From positions 19,530,001 to 19,594,000 of the forward strand of contig OX597821.1 of the NCBI GenBank assembly GCA_951406725.2: DNA of 64,000 bases. The letters run 5' to 3'. This document shows positions 43,062 to 56,628 of this stretch, piece by piece (position 1 is the stretch's first letter; each line of letters starts with the position of its first letter). The DNA comes from Octopus vulgaris. Taxonomy: Eukaryota. The notes below the pieces were generated by a model that worked only from the letters and a program-made list of their open reading frames with translations, was not told the DNA's origin and did not search any database. A program made the translations under genes and the position numbers.

Positions 43062-43062
<1 letters not shown>
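42476..43062 (+). mobile_element. Fold-back PLE pLTR unit between (TA)n tracts
   Basis: 42476-42720 is the reverse complement of about 42721-42994 (A-rich/T-rich apex), followed by a unique 3' extension to 43062; HHR in each arm. Confidence 0.85.
42928..42978 (+). ncRNA. Minimal type I hammerhead ribozyme (mirror copy on the minus strand at 42493-42542)
   Basis: agcttc-CTGAAGA-(t)ttc tctt gaat-GAAAC-ag tactagtc ct-GTA-gaagct: 6-bp stem I and palindromic ACTAGT in loop III. Confidence 0.8.
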
Positions 43063-43122
<60 letters not shown>

Positions 43123-43357
43123 ATATACATATATACATATATATACATATACATATATATACATATATGTGTATATGTCTATATATTCGTATATCTGTAT
43201 ATGTCTATATATTCGTATATCTATGTGTGTGTGAGTGTATGTGTGTGTATGTCTGTGATTGGGTATGTGTGTATGCGTATGTTTTTATATGTGTATATCA
43301 ATTACTTTCATTGCAATCATCAATTTTCTTTTCATTTCTGCTTAACCATATTTTTGC

Positions 43358-43495
<138 letters not shown>

Positions 43496-43532
43496 GTCTT
43501 TCTGTCTGTCTATCTATCTATCTATCTATTAG

Positions 43533-43586
<54 letters not shown>

Positions 43587-43623
43587 GTCTTTCTGTATGT
43601 CTATCTATCTATCTATCTATTAG

Positions 43624-43679
<56 letters not shown>

Positions 43680-44179
43680 ATATATATATATATCTATATA
43701 CATACGCTTTTGCATTATGCATATATACAGAGAATACCAAAGGAAAAATTGCAAATCCACACGTATGTATGTATATATGTTTGTATGTATGTATGTATGT
43801 ATGTATGTATGTATGTATGTATGTATGTATGTATGTATGTATGTATGTATATATGTATCTAAGTATATAATATTGCTATTCAATCAATCTACAGCGCATA
43901 TATTTCTGTATATGAATGTTCATTTTAACATCTCTGTTGTCATGTCAGCGGTTAGCACATACGTGTACGTACATTAATGGCACACAATTGCAATCATCAT
44001 CTTTCGTGGTAGACCACGTAATGCAATCTAGCATGAATTGAGCAGGCAGGGGGCGCCACAAGATAATCGGATAGAGACAGAAATCAATACACATGCGGAA
44101 AGCTATTGTTTGAAATGAAAAACTACGAAGTGTAGAGTGTACAAGGCATATGCAATGTGTGGTAACGTGTACAGCGAGA

Positions 44180-44217
<38 letters not shown>

Positions 44218-44296
44218 TGTCGTTATATCTGCTTGTAATATACCTCTTTTTATGTGTTAATGAACGAAGGTATATATGCATACATACACACATATA

Positions 44297-44351
<55 letters not shown>

Positions 44352-44684
44352 ATAAAATATATGTATATATATAATATATAGGTATGTATGTATGTCTGCT
44401 TGTATGTACGTATGTATGTATAATTATAAGAATATATGTGTGAGTGATTCTCTGCGTGCTCCATGTGTGTTGGTGAGGATTTCTGTCTGGGGCATTCGAT
44501 CAATACCTGTGTATATATGTATATATGTATGTATGTATGTATGTGTGTGTGTATGTAAGTTTGTATGTATGTATGTGTATATGTATATATGTGTGTATGT
44601 ATGTATACATGTTTACATACATATATATACGTATGTATATATATATATATTTATACACACACACACACATATATATATATATAC

Positions 44685-44764
<80 letters not shown>

Positions 44765-45009
44765 GCATATATGGGTACAGGACGTCACAAAATGTAAACA
44801 ACATGAAATACGAAGGCTAACTTGGCTATGCGAGCAACGAAAGAAACAAATGGAAAGAGACGTCTTGTACCTATATATGCATATATATATCACTTATATT
44901 ATTATATGATTGAACGACACGCATTCCTTTTCAAATAAAGTTATCTTTACCCTTTACTGTTCTCTCTCCTACTTTCGTTTTTCCTCTCTTTCCTTCTAAT
45001 TCGTCACCC

Positions 45010-45048
<39 letters not shown>

Positions 45049-45515
45049 TCTCCCTTCGTCTTTACTCTCTTTCGTCCATGTTTTCCTCACGTGATCATAG
45101 TTCTTTCCCTTCAGTCTGTCGTACAACGAAGACACGTTCTTAACTGTCACCTCTTCTATCTTTTTTCTTGTCAAAGAATATTGCTCCACGGCCCTCCATG
45201 TTTATTTTCGTTTGGTTTGTTGTATGTTTTCATTGTCTTGTTTTGTTACCACCTTTGACCTTCTGCAAATCTCAAATTGTATTTTGGTTCTCGGCATATA
45301 TCTATGTATATCTACGACCACGTGTGTATCGTCGGCGATTTTCTTTCTCCGACTTCCCTTCATTGAACTTTTTCTATGTGCCTGATGAAGTGTTCCGCTT
45401 TCTTTTCTTTCCTTTCCTAAACATCCAATAATACAGTACTTGTACCACGTCCTCGAGCTGTTGTTTTTTTCTTGATTATTCTTGTATTGATTGACTATCT
45501 ATCTATCTATCTATC

Positions 45516-45570
<55 letters not shown>

Positions 45571-45631
45571 CTCTATCTATCTATCTATCTATCTTTCTAT
45601 CTATCTTTCTATCTATCTATCTATCTATCTA

Positions 45632-45706
<75 letters not shown>

Positions 45707-46232
45707 CTATATGTATGTATGTATTTATGTCTATGTCAGCGTTTGTCTCCCCACCATCATTTGACGACCGATACTAGTGTGTTTATGTCCCCGTAACATA
45801 GCGATTCGGCAAAAGAACCGATAAATTAAGCATTGGCTTACTGAGAAGTTCTCGGGGCGATTTCTTCAACTAAAACTCTTTAATGACTGAAACAAATAAA
45901 GATGTGTATGTATGTATGTATGTATGTATGTATTTATGTTTGTATGTATGTATGTTTGTATGTATGCATGCATGTATGTATGTATGTATGTATGTATGTA
46001 TGTATGTATGTATGTATGTATGTGTGTAACCGGTACCGAGATGAGAGAATCAAAATACATTCAATACTATTTTGTGTGGAAAATCCTAAATGATAAACTT
46101 GGAATTTAAGTTTAAATTCACCTGAAGGTTACGGTGTTTTTACAAAATATAATTCATTTGTTCATGAATAAAAAACAACTCTTTAATAGCTGTAGTGAAC
46201 CTTTACACGCGTCTTTTATTAAAAACATATAA

Positions 46233-46276
<44 letters not shown>

Positions 46277-46459
46277 GTGTGTATTTGTGCGTGTATACAA
46301 ACACATAAACACACACACACACGGATGCCCGCATACCTACCCCCGCACATACATATGGGGACATATGTATTGTATATATGTATGCTTGTATGTGCGTGTG
46401 TGTATATTTGTGCTTATGTTTCTGTATACCTCTACTTAGAAATGTGTTTATACAGGTAT

Positions 46460-46735
46460 TGGCTCATAGGGTCGGTTTCCCGGTTTCCTTGGCGTATAGG
46501 TTCCCCTCCTGGACGGGACGCCGGTCTGTCGCAGGTGAGCAGGTGAGCTGCAAGATGCAGTAGGAAAGGGTGAGAGAAAGTTGTGGTGAAAGAAGTTTGC
46601 CATTACCTTCTGCCGGAGCAGCGTGGAGCTTAGGTGTTTTGCTCACAAACGCACACATCGCCCGGTCTGAGATTCGAACCCGCGATCCATCGACCGCGAG
46701 TCCGCTGCTCCAACCACTAGGCCATGTGCCTCCAC
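46460..46735 (-). mobile_element. SINE family B, alternative-tail variant (like the 1242 copy)
   Basis: Head gtggaggcacatggcctagtggttggagcagcggactcgcgg...ggttcgaatctc; flanking tacaggtat duplication. Confidence 0.9.
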
Positions 46736-47477
46736 TTGTACAGGTATATGTTTTTTTTTAAGAAGAATGGCAAAAAAAAAAAAGATATATAGCGATATAA
46801 GGAATGTATAAGCAAAGACGGAGGAGGCGGGGAAGAATATTTGCCAGAGACCATTTGAAAATACATATTTTATGAAATAAATGAGAGCTAACAAATAGGA
46901 TTCTATTCAATATATACATAACTCTCTTTCCTCCAACACTTTCATGTCAAATTGTGATAAATTATTATGCCTGGATTCATGTAAATATATTATCTTTAAG
47001 ATACTCCACAAAGTGATGGTGGTGGCGGCGGCGGCGGCGGTGGCGGTGGTGGTGGTGGTAGTGGTGGTAGTAGTTGTGGAGGCGACGGTGGTGGTGGTGA
47101 CGGCGTTGGCAATGGTGTTGTGAACGATGAAGACGATGCTGATGATGAAGCTGGTGCTGGCGCTGACAACGGTGCGGCTGTGGCGGTTGCGGTTTATCAG
47201 AGGTTTAGCCTATATAAATTCTATCAACAGAATATCAACAATTTCGGTCAATTTCCTGTTTTCGTATTAGATATGTTAGATATTCTATAAGAGGCTGTGA
47301 GTAAAGTGTCACTATTCCATTGGAACGTCTCCAGAAAGCTATTAGATCTCTGAGAGTGTAATTTCCTTAGAAGAGAACGGTGAATATCAAAGAAGGAAGA
47401 TATTATAGTGAAAAACACACGAACCCATACATACATACATATATATATGTGTGTGTGTGTGTGTGTATACATATACA

Positions 47478-47551
<74 letters not shown>

Positions 47552-48523
47552 TACAAACGTGTAAATGTATATACGTTTTCGTGTAAATAAATATACTAAT
47601 ATATATATATATATATATATATATAAACATATATGTGTGTGTGTGTATATAAGTATGTATACATATATATATATATATATATATTTGCTCTGTCTTTTTA
47701 TAATTCAATATAGACATATATATTCGTACAAGCCCGCATGCACAGGCACCCATACACAAACACATCCACAAACACATATACATACTCTCATGCATATGCA
47801 ATCTCATACGATCGAAGCAGCAGAAATATTCACAAAGAAACGTATATATTTATAATTTATTATGTTCATATTCCTAAATTCATTTACCTTCTCTCAAATG
47901 GTGAATCAGTAATATTCGTTGGATGCTCAAATCAAGTAATGAATTTGAGGAGTTTCTGTTGTATGATGGGTATTTTTAAAATTTCATTCTAAGCCAGACA
48001 AGCTGCTTTAGGTGTATATATTCAGCCGAACCTGGTTGACGAGTTTTCAAAATTAAGAAACACGCACACAAAACGTGCATGCGCGTATACATATTTGTAT
48101 AGATACTTTTATACGAACATACATACGAGTGTACAAATGCAAGAATATACAGACATTTAAACACACACTAATACATCCACATATGTTCGTATCTGCCTCT
48201 CTGTATATTTGTCAGACTATCTATCTGTCTATGTTTGTCTCTCTCACTCACTCTCTTTCTTTCTCTCTCTCTCTCTCTCTCACTTACTTTATATGTATGT
48301 ATGTTCATGTGTTAAGGACATTTTTCGAATTTTTGCGTTAGCTGGCGTTGCAAGCGCACTTGGTACAGTAACAATCGTAACGGATCATTAAATATATATT
48401 AAAGAATATCTTTATCCCATTAAAATTTGGATATTATATACATATATGTATGTATGTATATACACACATAAAATATATATATATATATATATACATATAT
48501 ATGTGTGTGTGTGTGTGTGTGCA

Positions 48524-48573
<50 letters not shown>

Positions 48574-48901
48574 AGAACTAATGGGGTCATTGAGACCCAA
48601 AGGTGTCAGGTAATGCTGAATAAGTGCTATAGACAGACCATAATTAAGTTCCAGATTCGGTAATTTTGTGATGAAGGTGGTCAACGTTGGTTCTATGTCA
48701 GCGTGTGTATATAAGATTGGGATAAAAAAACCCAAGAGTGTGTAGATATTAGAACATTTATAGATAAATGTTCTATAAATGTTCTAATATCTACATAGCC
48801 TTGGATTTTTATCTCATTACGCCACAATTTTTTATATAATATATATACATATATATATACATGTATATATATATATATACATACATATATATATATACAT
48901 G

Positions 48902-48955
<54 letters not shown>

Positions 48956-49228
48956 TATGTATAAATATTTATATATGCATGGTATGCATGTTTATGTATA
49001 TGTATATATATATATATATAAACAACTTATAAATAAGGACAAACGAAAAAATTTCTGGGAAAAAATTATATGGTAAATGGACAATATGTCCAATTTTCGG
49101 CATATTTGGCATCAGAAATTTTTTCGTTTGCCCTTATTTATAAGTTGCTTATAATTTAACCTTTAAAGGTATTTTTTAATATGTTGGCCATTGATAAAAT
49201 TTTTTGCAAAAAAATGTTATCCTACATT

Positions 49229-49366
<138 letters not shown>

Positions 49367-50099
49367 GTCTATGTGTGTATGTGTGTTTGTATATGTACAT
49401 AAATACATATATCAAACAAAAAGTTGTCACTAAACACTTTCGATAGGAATACTGAACAGCAGTCCAATTATTCTCGAATGAGTTTAAATTTTCGTAGGCT
49501 CATCCACCAAACCTAACTCGGCAAAGACGAAAAATACGAATGCGCTGGCGCCTATGTAATCTTCACAAACACATAATACATATATATAGATGCATACATA
49601 CATATGCGACCGCGCACACATATACACTCACACACACAGGCACACATATTTCATAAGGCCAGTCATAATGAGAAAGACGAATCGACAGAAAGAATGGTTG
49701 TTAAATGTTAAAACCGGTAAAGTTTTCAACTTTATGACCAGACTAAAGACACAAAGCTAAGATTCTCTAACTGTTACGCCACAACATCAGTTGAACCACA
49801 AACCTAAAATAATCTATAAATTTAAAGGTCATCTGCGCGTATGCCTGAAACGTCGCATAAAAAGCGAAAAATGAAAAGTGAAAGAAATATTTTAAAGAAC
49901 TGGTGAATAAAATGTACACGTAAAGAGAAAATTGTTGCCTATATAGTCTCCAGTGCAGCAAATGTTTGAATACTGATAATAAAACTTTGTCAATGAATAC
50001 AACGGAGATGAGCGACGGTAGTCAAACTTATGGTAACAAGTATTGTAATATGGTGAATGGCTAAATGCGCTCTTTGACGCTATGATTCACACATCTTTG

Positions 50100-50450
50100 T
50101 CTTTGTTTATCCTTTCACGGTTTTTGTAGTTAACCTGAGTCGCCATACTGTGTGGTACCATTATCAAATTTCCACGTGTTTGATCCAATGGAGTATAGTT
50201 TCCGGGGACAAAGATTTGATGAAACAAATGAGGTGAAAGCGAGTTTTCTGAAGTGGATACAACATTCCATATCGAAACTATTTCACAGCTATTTCGAGAT
50301 TGAGACCAAATATAGCGCAAGATTACCGCCTGCGATGTAGACCGTGTTGAGTTGAACCCATTGTACTGAGAAAACTTTGCTCTGGCAGTATTTACAATTT
50401 AACAAAAAATTATGTCCATTCTCGTCCTATGGATGCAAATAAAAATACTT
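50100..50450 (+). mobile_element. Highly decayed mariner transposase C-terminal remnant
   Basis: PY...VPLSNFHVFDPM..SFRGQRFDETNEVK resembles PPYSPDLAPSDFHLF...LRG.RF. Confidence 0.55.
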
Positions 50451-50911
50451 ATACTTTTATACGAGGGAGTGAACAAATGAAAGAAGGGCACTCAACACAT
50501 TTATTGGAAGTTATATGTATGGATCAAAACAGTTTGATTCAAACTTCTTGGTACTCTGAGTTTCAAGAGTCAATGGAAATCTATGCACTCATACATACAC
50601 TCGCAAAAATACAGACACACAAATATACAAACACATACACTCACTCATTTATACGTATATAATTCGTACATCTACCTTCTTATCCCCCACCAACCATGCA
50701 ACCGATTTCCTGTGCACCACGGTATTGTCCAAGTAATTGTTACCACTGAAATACCAAAATCAATCTGTGTCACCGCTTGACATTTCTCGACTAATCGTAA
50801 GCCGCCGTCCGGTAATAAACATTGGCTCAATGGCTGAGAATTAGCATCACGCTTGAAACTCGGAGTACGAAGGAGTTTGATTCAAACTGTTGTCACATAT
50901 ATATATATATA

Positions 50912-51163
50912 TAAATAAAAAGGAGCAGGTAACAGGTTGTTTAGCCACATACCGAAAAATTAGAAATAGCAGTCAAAGACTGTTTATTTCTATTTTCTAC
51001 AAATACGACTCCACATCTATCTGAGTGGAATGTTACGTTGAGAAAGGAAATGAATTGATTTATAATTCTAATCCAGAAACGCATCCGTAAATAACCCTGG
51101 ACTTTGTTTTCGTTATTTTTTCCTTCTGTTTTACATATGTAAATTACATGGATATGTTGTATG

Positions 51164-51168
<5 letters not shown>
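50912..51168. mobile_element. PLE pLTR fragment with internal inversion, between (TA)n tracts; U3-A8 HHR at about 51032-51095 (+)
   Basis: Left part is the reverse complement of the 52900-53005 segment; right part TTGAGAA-agga...tcca-GAAAC-gcatcc-GTA is collinear with 52775-52880. Confidence 0.65.
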
Positions 51169-51211
<43 letters not shown>

Positions 51212-51317
51212 CATTTTAAAAAAGTTCCTACCGATAATGGTTATATTTACATACCGAAATCTACCCAAAAATAATTGTTGGCTTTTTTAAAAGTAATAAT
51301 TATTTACCCTTATATAG

Positions 51318-51846
<529 letters not shown>

Positions 51847-52721
51847 TTATGTATGTAACCTAGCCTGACTTTTTACATTACAAGTGTTTATGTCGTTAGC
51901 TTTTTTCGCATTATTATTTATATTTGGACCGACATATGAATATTCCTTTGATAAAGTCATTATTCGAAGATTATATCGTGGAAGCGTTCGCGAACTATCT
52001 ATTTCTGTCAGGTTTTAAGCATCTTTTCATGTAAGCGTTCCTGTTACGCTTTTCCGGATATGATATTACACCTAACGTTTCCATGTAACCTCGCGCTAAA
52101 CTTTCGGGTGGTTTAGTGAACCACAGCAGGGTATATATTTCTATTTAAATATTCCCACCTAGGAAACAAAGACATTTAGTGTACAACGTAAACATTCATT
52201 AATCGAATTACCATAAATGTTATCACTCTGCCGACGGCTGAAGATGTGTGGGATTGTGCATTATCATGTTTCCAGGAAACAAAGTGCATTGTCGAAGAAT
52301 AATATATTAGAAACTTACGCGCACACGCTCACACTCAAGCACAAAGGTATGCTCATGCACATACATATGTACATCTGTGTGTGTTTGGGTTTGCGTTTTA
52401 TGTTACATCCTATTAGCTTTTGTTGCATTAACTAGTAGTACCCATGGAAATCCCATGTCTGGTATTTGTGGTAGATGAAAGAGTAGGCTGTTGGGCAAGA
52501 AGTTGTAATTCCTTACTACATGTTTCCGGCTCAGTTCCACTCCGTGTTACCTAAGGCACGTGCCCTCTAGCATAGTCTTGGGCCGACCAAATCCTTGTGT
52601 GTGGATCTGGTTGAGAAAAACTGAAAAGAGCCAATGAGTATATACATATATATACACATACACACACGCACACACACACAGACACACAGACACAGACACA
52701 CATATATATATTAATATATAT

Positions 52722-53169
<448 letters not shown>

Positions 53170-53189
53170 TATAAATATACATATATATG

Positions 53190-53500
53190 TATATAAAGAT
53201 GGGAATGTGTGTCTGTGTGTGTGTATCTGTGTGAATCTCTAAAACTCGAGAACTACACAACCGATTTCATTCAAATTTTACACATACACCACTTAGGGTC
53301 CATATAGTGTTATAGTGTCATAGGCTAAACAAATTTTTACTTTCCTACCTAATGCGAGCCCAGAGCAATCTCTGATATCTTTCACTATTTCAGTATTACG
53401 GGTCAAAAGTGAAGCAATAATATCTCTCTATTGTAATGTCAGATACTTTCACTTTAATACTTTCACTATTAATATTGAAACTATTAAAGTGAAACTGATA
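53190..53500 (-). mobile_element. Lep1-like Helitron-type element 3' end
   Basis: Reverse-complement homolog of 31550-31760 with one repeat unit only. Confidence 0.7.
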
Positions 53501-53797
53501 TCTCACATATATACAGGCATACATATATACATACATATACATATACATAAATTTATACACACACAAAAATATATATATAAATATATATAGTTACAGGTGT
53601 GGATATGTGGTAAGAAAATTGGTTCCAAAGCACATGGACCAGCGTTCAGTCCCACTGTGTGGTCACTTGGCATGTGTCTTTTGCTATAACCTCAGACCAG
53701 CCAAAGCCTTGTGAGTGAATTTCGGAGATAGAAACTGAAAGAAATCAATCTTATATATGTGTATGTTTGTGTGTATGTATATATATATATATATATG

Positions 53798-53856
<59 letters not shown>

Positions 53857-53963
53857 GTTTAAATATTTGCTAAACTGGCAATATGACCATTCCGAAATAT
53901 AACAATATATATATATATATACACATATATATATATATGTATGTGTGTATGTATGTATGTATG

Positions 53964-53994
<31 letters not shown>

Positions 53995-54873
53995 GGGTAT
54001 GTATGTATCTTTGTGTCTGTTTCTCCCTCATCACAGCTTGACAACTGCTCCGGCAAAAAAAGAAGGACGGGTCATTCGGAGTTTTCTTTCTTCAGTCAAG
54101 TTCCAGATTATCTTTGCAATTTCGGCTGGTTTTACGAGTCTATTATTCTTTCATTCTTTCCTTCTCTCAATCAGCCCCTTCACACTTACTTCGTTCCTTC
54201 CACTTCTTTCTTTCGTTCCCCCTCTGTCACATTTCTTGTCTTTCTGTTCATCCTTACCATCCCTCCTCTTTCACTTCATTCTGTCCCTTTTCATTTTTCC
54301 CGTCCCCCTCCAATTCTTCTATCCCTATGTCTCCTATGTCTCTCTCACCCTCTCTTCCCTCGCCACGTGACCGGTGTTCGACCAAGCCTGACCTTTCTTT
54401 CTTGGTTCGACTACCATCCGTGCAACATCTGTATTCTTTCCCATGCCTGTTATCTCTTATATCCCCGCCGTAAGTCTTCACTTCCACACACGTTAGCTTA
54501 ATTTAATTCGACCTTCGTCGAAAGACTCCTGTTGTGAATGTCCTCTTATTTGCATTTGTAATTGTGTACCATTTCTCCGTTTTTTACGTCCTAGTTTTTT
54601 TATACGTTCGCTGCTTTCTTCCAAGTAATCTAGTGCTTTTGCTTGGTTTTTCCTGGCCAGTTTAGAGCAATCTCGATTATAACCAGCCGAAATTGCAAAG
54701 ATAATCTGGAAGAGGACTGAAGAAAGAAAACACCGAATGACCCGTCCTTGTTTTTGTATCGCCTGTTTTGCTGTCCCCTTTTGTATCATCTAGCTGTCTA
54801 GATGGTTTGCGTTCTTGGCCCTTTTTAATATTCCTTTTTATATGAGTATAACGGCGTACGTGTAATTTGATCT

Positions 54874-54925
<52 letters not shown>

Positions 54926-54935
<10 letters not shown>

Positions 54936-55202
54936 TTAGAGACAAAACCACTATTATGCAAATCAAACAAAGAAAAGACTTAAGCCAATACATAAAATAA
55001 TTTATATAAATTTAGAAATTTAACAATTTCTAAATTTATATAAATTATTTTATGTATTGGCTTAAGTCTTTCTTTGTTTGATTTGCATAATAGTGGTTTT
55101 GTCTCTAATTTAATATAATATAATATTTTACTATAAAATTGGATTCAATCCTAAATCTGATTTTTCCCTGTAAATTTGGATTTATTCCCTAATATTTATT
55201 AT

Positions 55203-55206
<4 letters not shown>
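54926..55206 (+). mobile_element. Fold-back PLE pLTR unit between (TA)n tracts
   Basis: Arms about 54926-55020 and 55025-55116 with loop taac, then an extension to 55206; same family as 63593-63866. Confidence 0.85.
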
Positions 55207-55254
<48 letters not shown>

Positions 55255-55385
55255 TATGAGAGGTTTTCGTATCCAGAAGTCCCAAAAGGCAGGTAAGGCT
55301 ATGTAAGTGCTACGGGAAGACTGCTGTTAGACTTGTTTTGTCATTTACTTACCTGCTTTCGTCTTTTATTTTCTGTACATTTGAA

Positions 55386-55418
<33 letters not shown>

Positions 55419-55429
55419 GTTCAAATGTA

Positions 55430-56628
55430 GGGAATGGAGTAGATAAAATCCAGGCTACATATGCTTCATGGCTAGCAGATCCTCGGAAGTAGTAATTACA
55501 GAAACAAGGAGTTACAAAGTCTGAGTATAGCGATTTAGAAATATCTCGATTTATAACAGGTTCTAGATCTTTCGTCTAGATATTTGTTAGGAGCTAGAGA
55601 CTGAAGATGGAAACGTATTAAGAGTATCAAAGCATAAAAAGCCTTCTAAATGGTCGGAAATCATCAGAACACCTGAATTTATTCAACAAGCTCAAAAGAC
55701 AATTGATTACAACCCCAGAAAGTCCATGAGGTCAATTGAAAATGATCTCTATGTGTCAGAAGGAACACTCAGAAATGTTGTCCACAAAAATATCAGATAT
55801 AAGTCTTATATGATGAGGAAAAGTCAATTTGTCAGAAAAAGCAAAGGTAAATCACTACATCAGTCCTAAAAGGCTCTTAAACAAACTGAAAAATCCAGCA
55901 GAAGGTCTTGTTTAGCTTTTCTCAAACGAGAAAAACTTCAACCAAGATCAAAAAGTTAGCAGAAATGACAGATGCTTATATGCAGACAATTGTGAATTTC
56001 CAAGTTTTATGCATTCAAAAATTTCTGCAAGTGTCATGCTTTTAAGAGTTGTCAGCAATGAAGGATATGTGATACATCCTTTCTATTTTTTCACAAGGCC
56101 TTAGAGTTAGCTCTGCCGCCTACATTGAGGTCCTGGAAATAATTGTTAAGCCCTGGATAGTGTATGCAATTGAAGGCCATTTGTGTCTCAGTAAGCCTCT
56201 GCACTATCATACATAGCTCTAGTAACACAGGAATGGATGGCTGAAGATTTTCATGATAACACAACCCCAAACAGTTGGCCTCCAAATTCCCCACATCTCA
56301 ATCCATTGGACTATTACATGTGGAGCGTCGTTGAGAGAGAGAGAGCTCAACGGACACGCCCATAACACCAAAGATTCTGTGAAAGCTGTCAATAGTTAAG
56401 GTAATGTCCAAAATGAGCCAGGACCACTTGATTGGTGCATATAGATGAGTTCGATCTCATATAGAAGTAGTTGTTGAAGCTGAAGGTGAATAACAATATA
56501 ACGAAGAAGGTTTATTTTTATCTTCATAGCATTTTGTGATAAATAAAGTTATTGCCTGTCATTATATATGTTTTTTTTTAATTTTTATAAACGTAAATGT
56601 GTCCTCAAATATCTTACTCAGCCTGGCT
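55430..56628 (+). mobile_element. Decayed Tc1/mariner-superfamily transposon (maT/DD37D-like)
   Basis: NPRKSMRSI..VSEGT, FSNEK.F.QDQK, VVSNEG, YIEVLE..VKPWI, WPPNSP.LNPLDYYMWSVVE motifs in broken frames. Confidence 0.85.

Noticed and set aside
47004-47195. GC-rich Gly/Ala/Asp-like stretch
   Set aside because: Degenerate (GGT/GGC/GAT)n trinucleotide low-complexity tract without ORF or splice support.
50672-50835. Possible minus-strand exon (ctaattctcag acceptor, aag|gtagat donor)
   Set aside because: One frame is open but resembles no protein I recognise, and the donor is weak; needs transcript evidence.
56535-56550. 16-bp match (tgtgataaataaagtt) to the 9622/11676 duplicated segment
   Set aside because: Short, AT-rich and shorter than the 24-bp match at 9622; likely chance.
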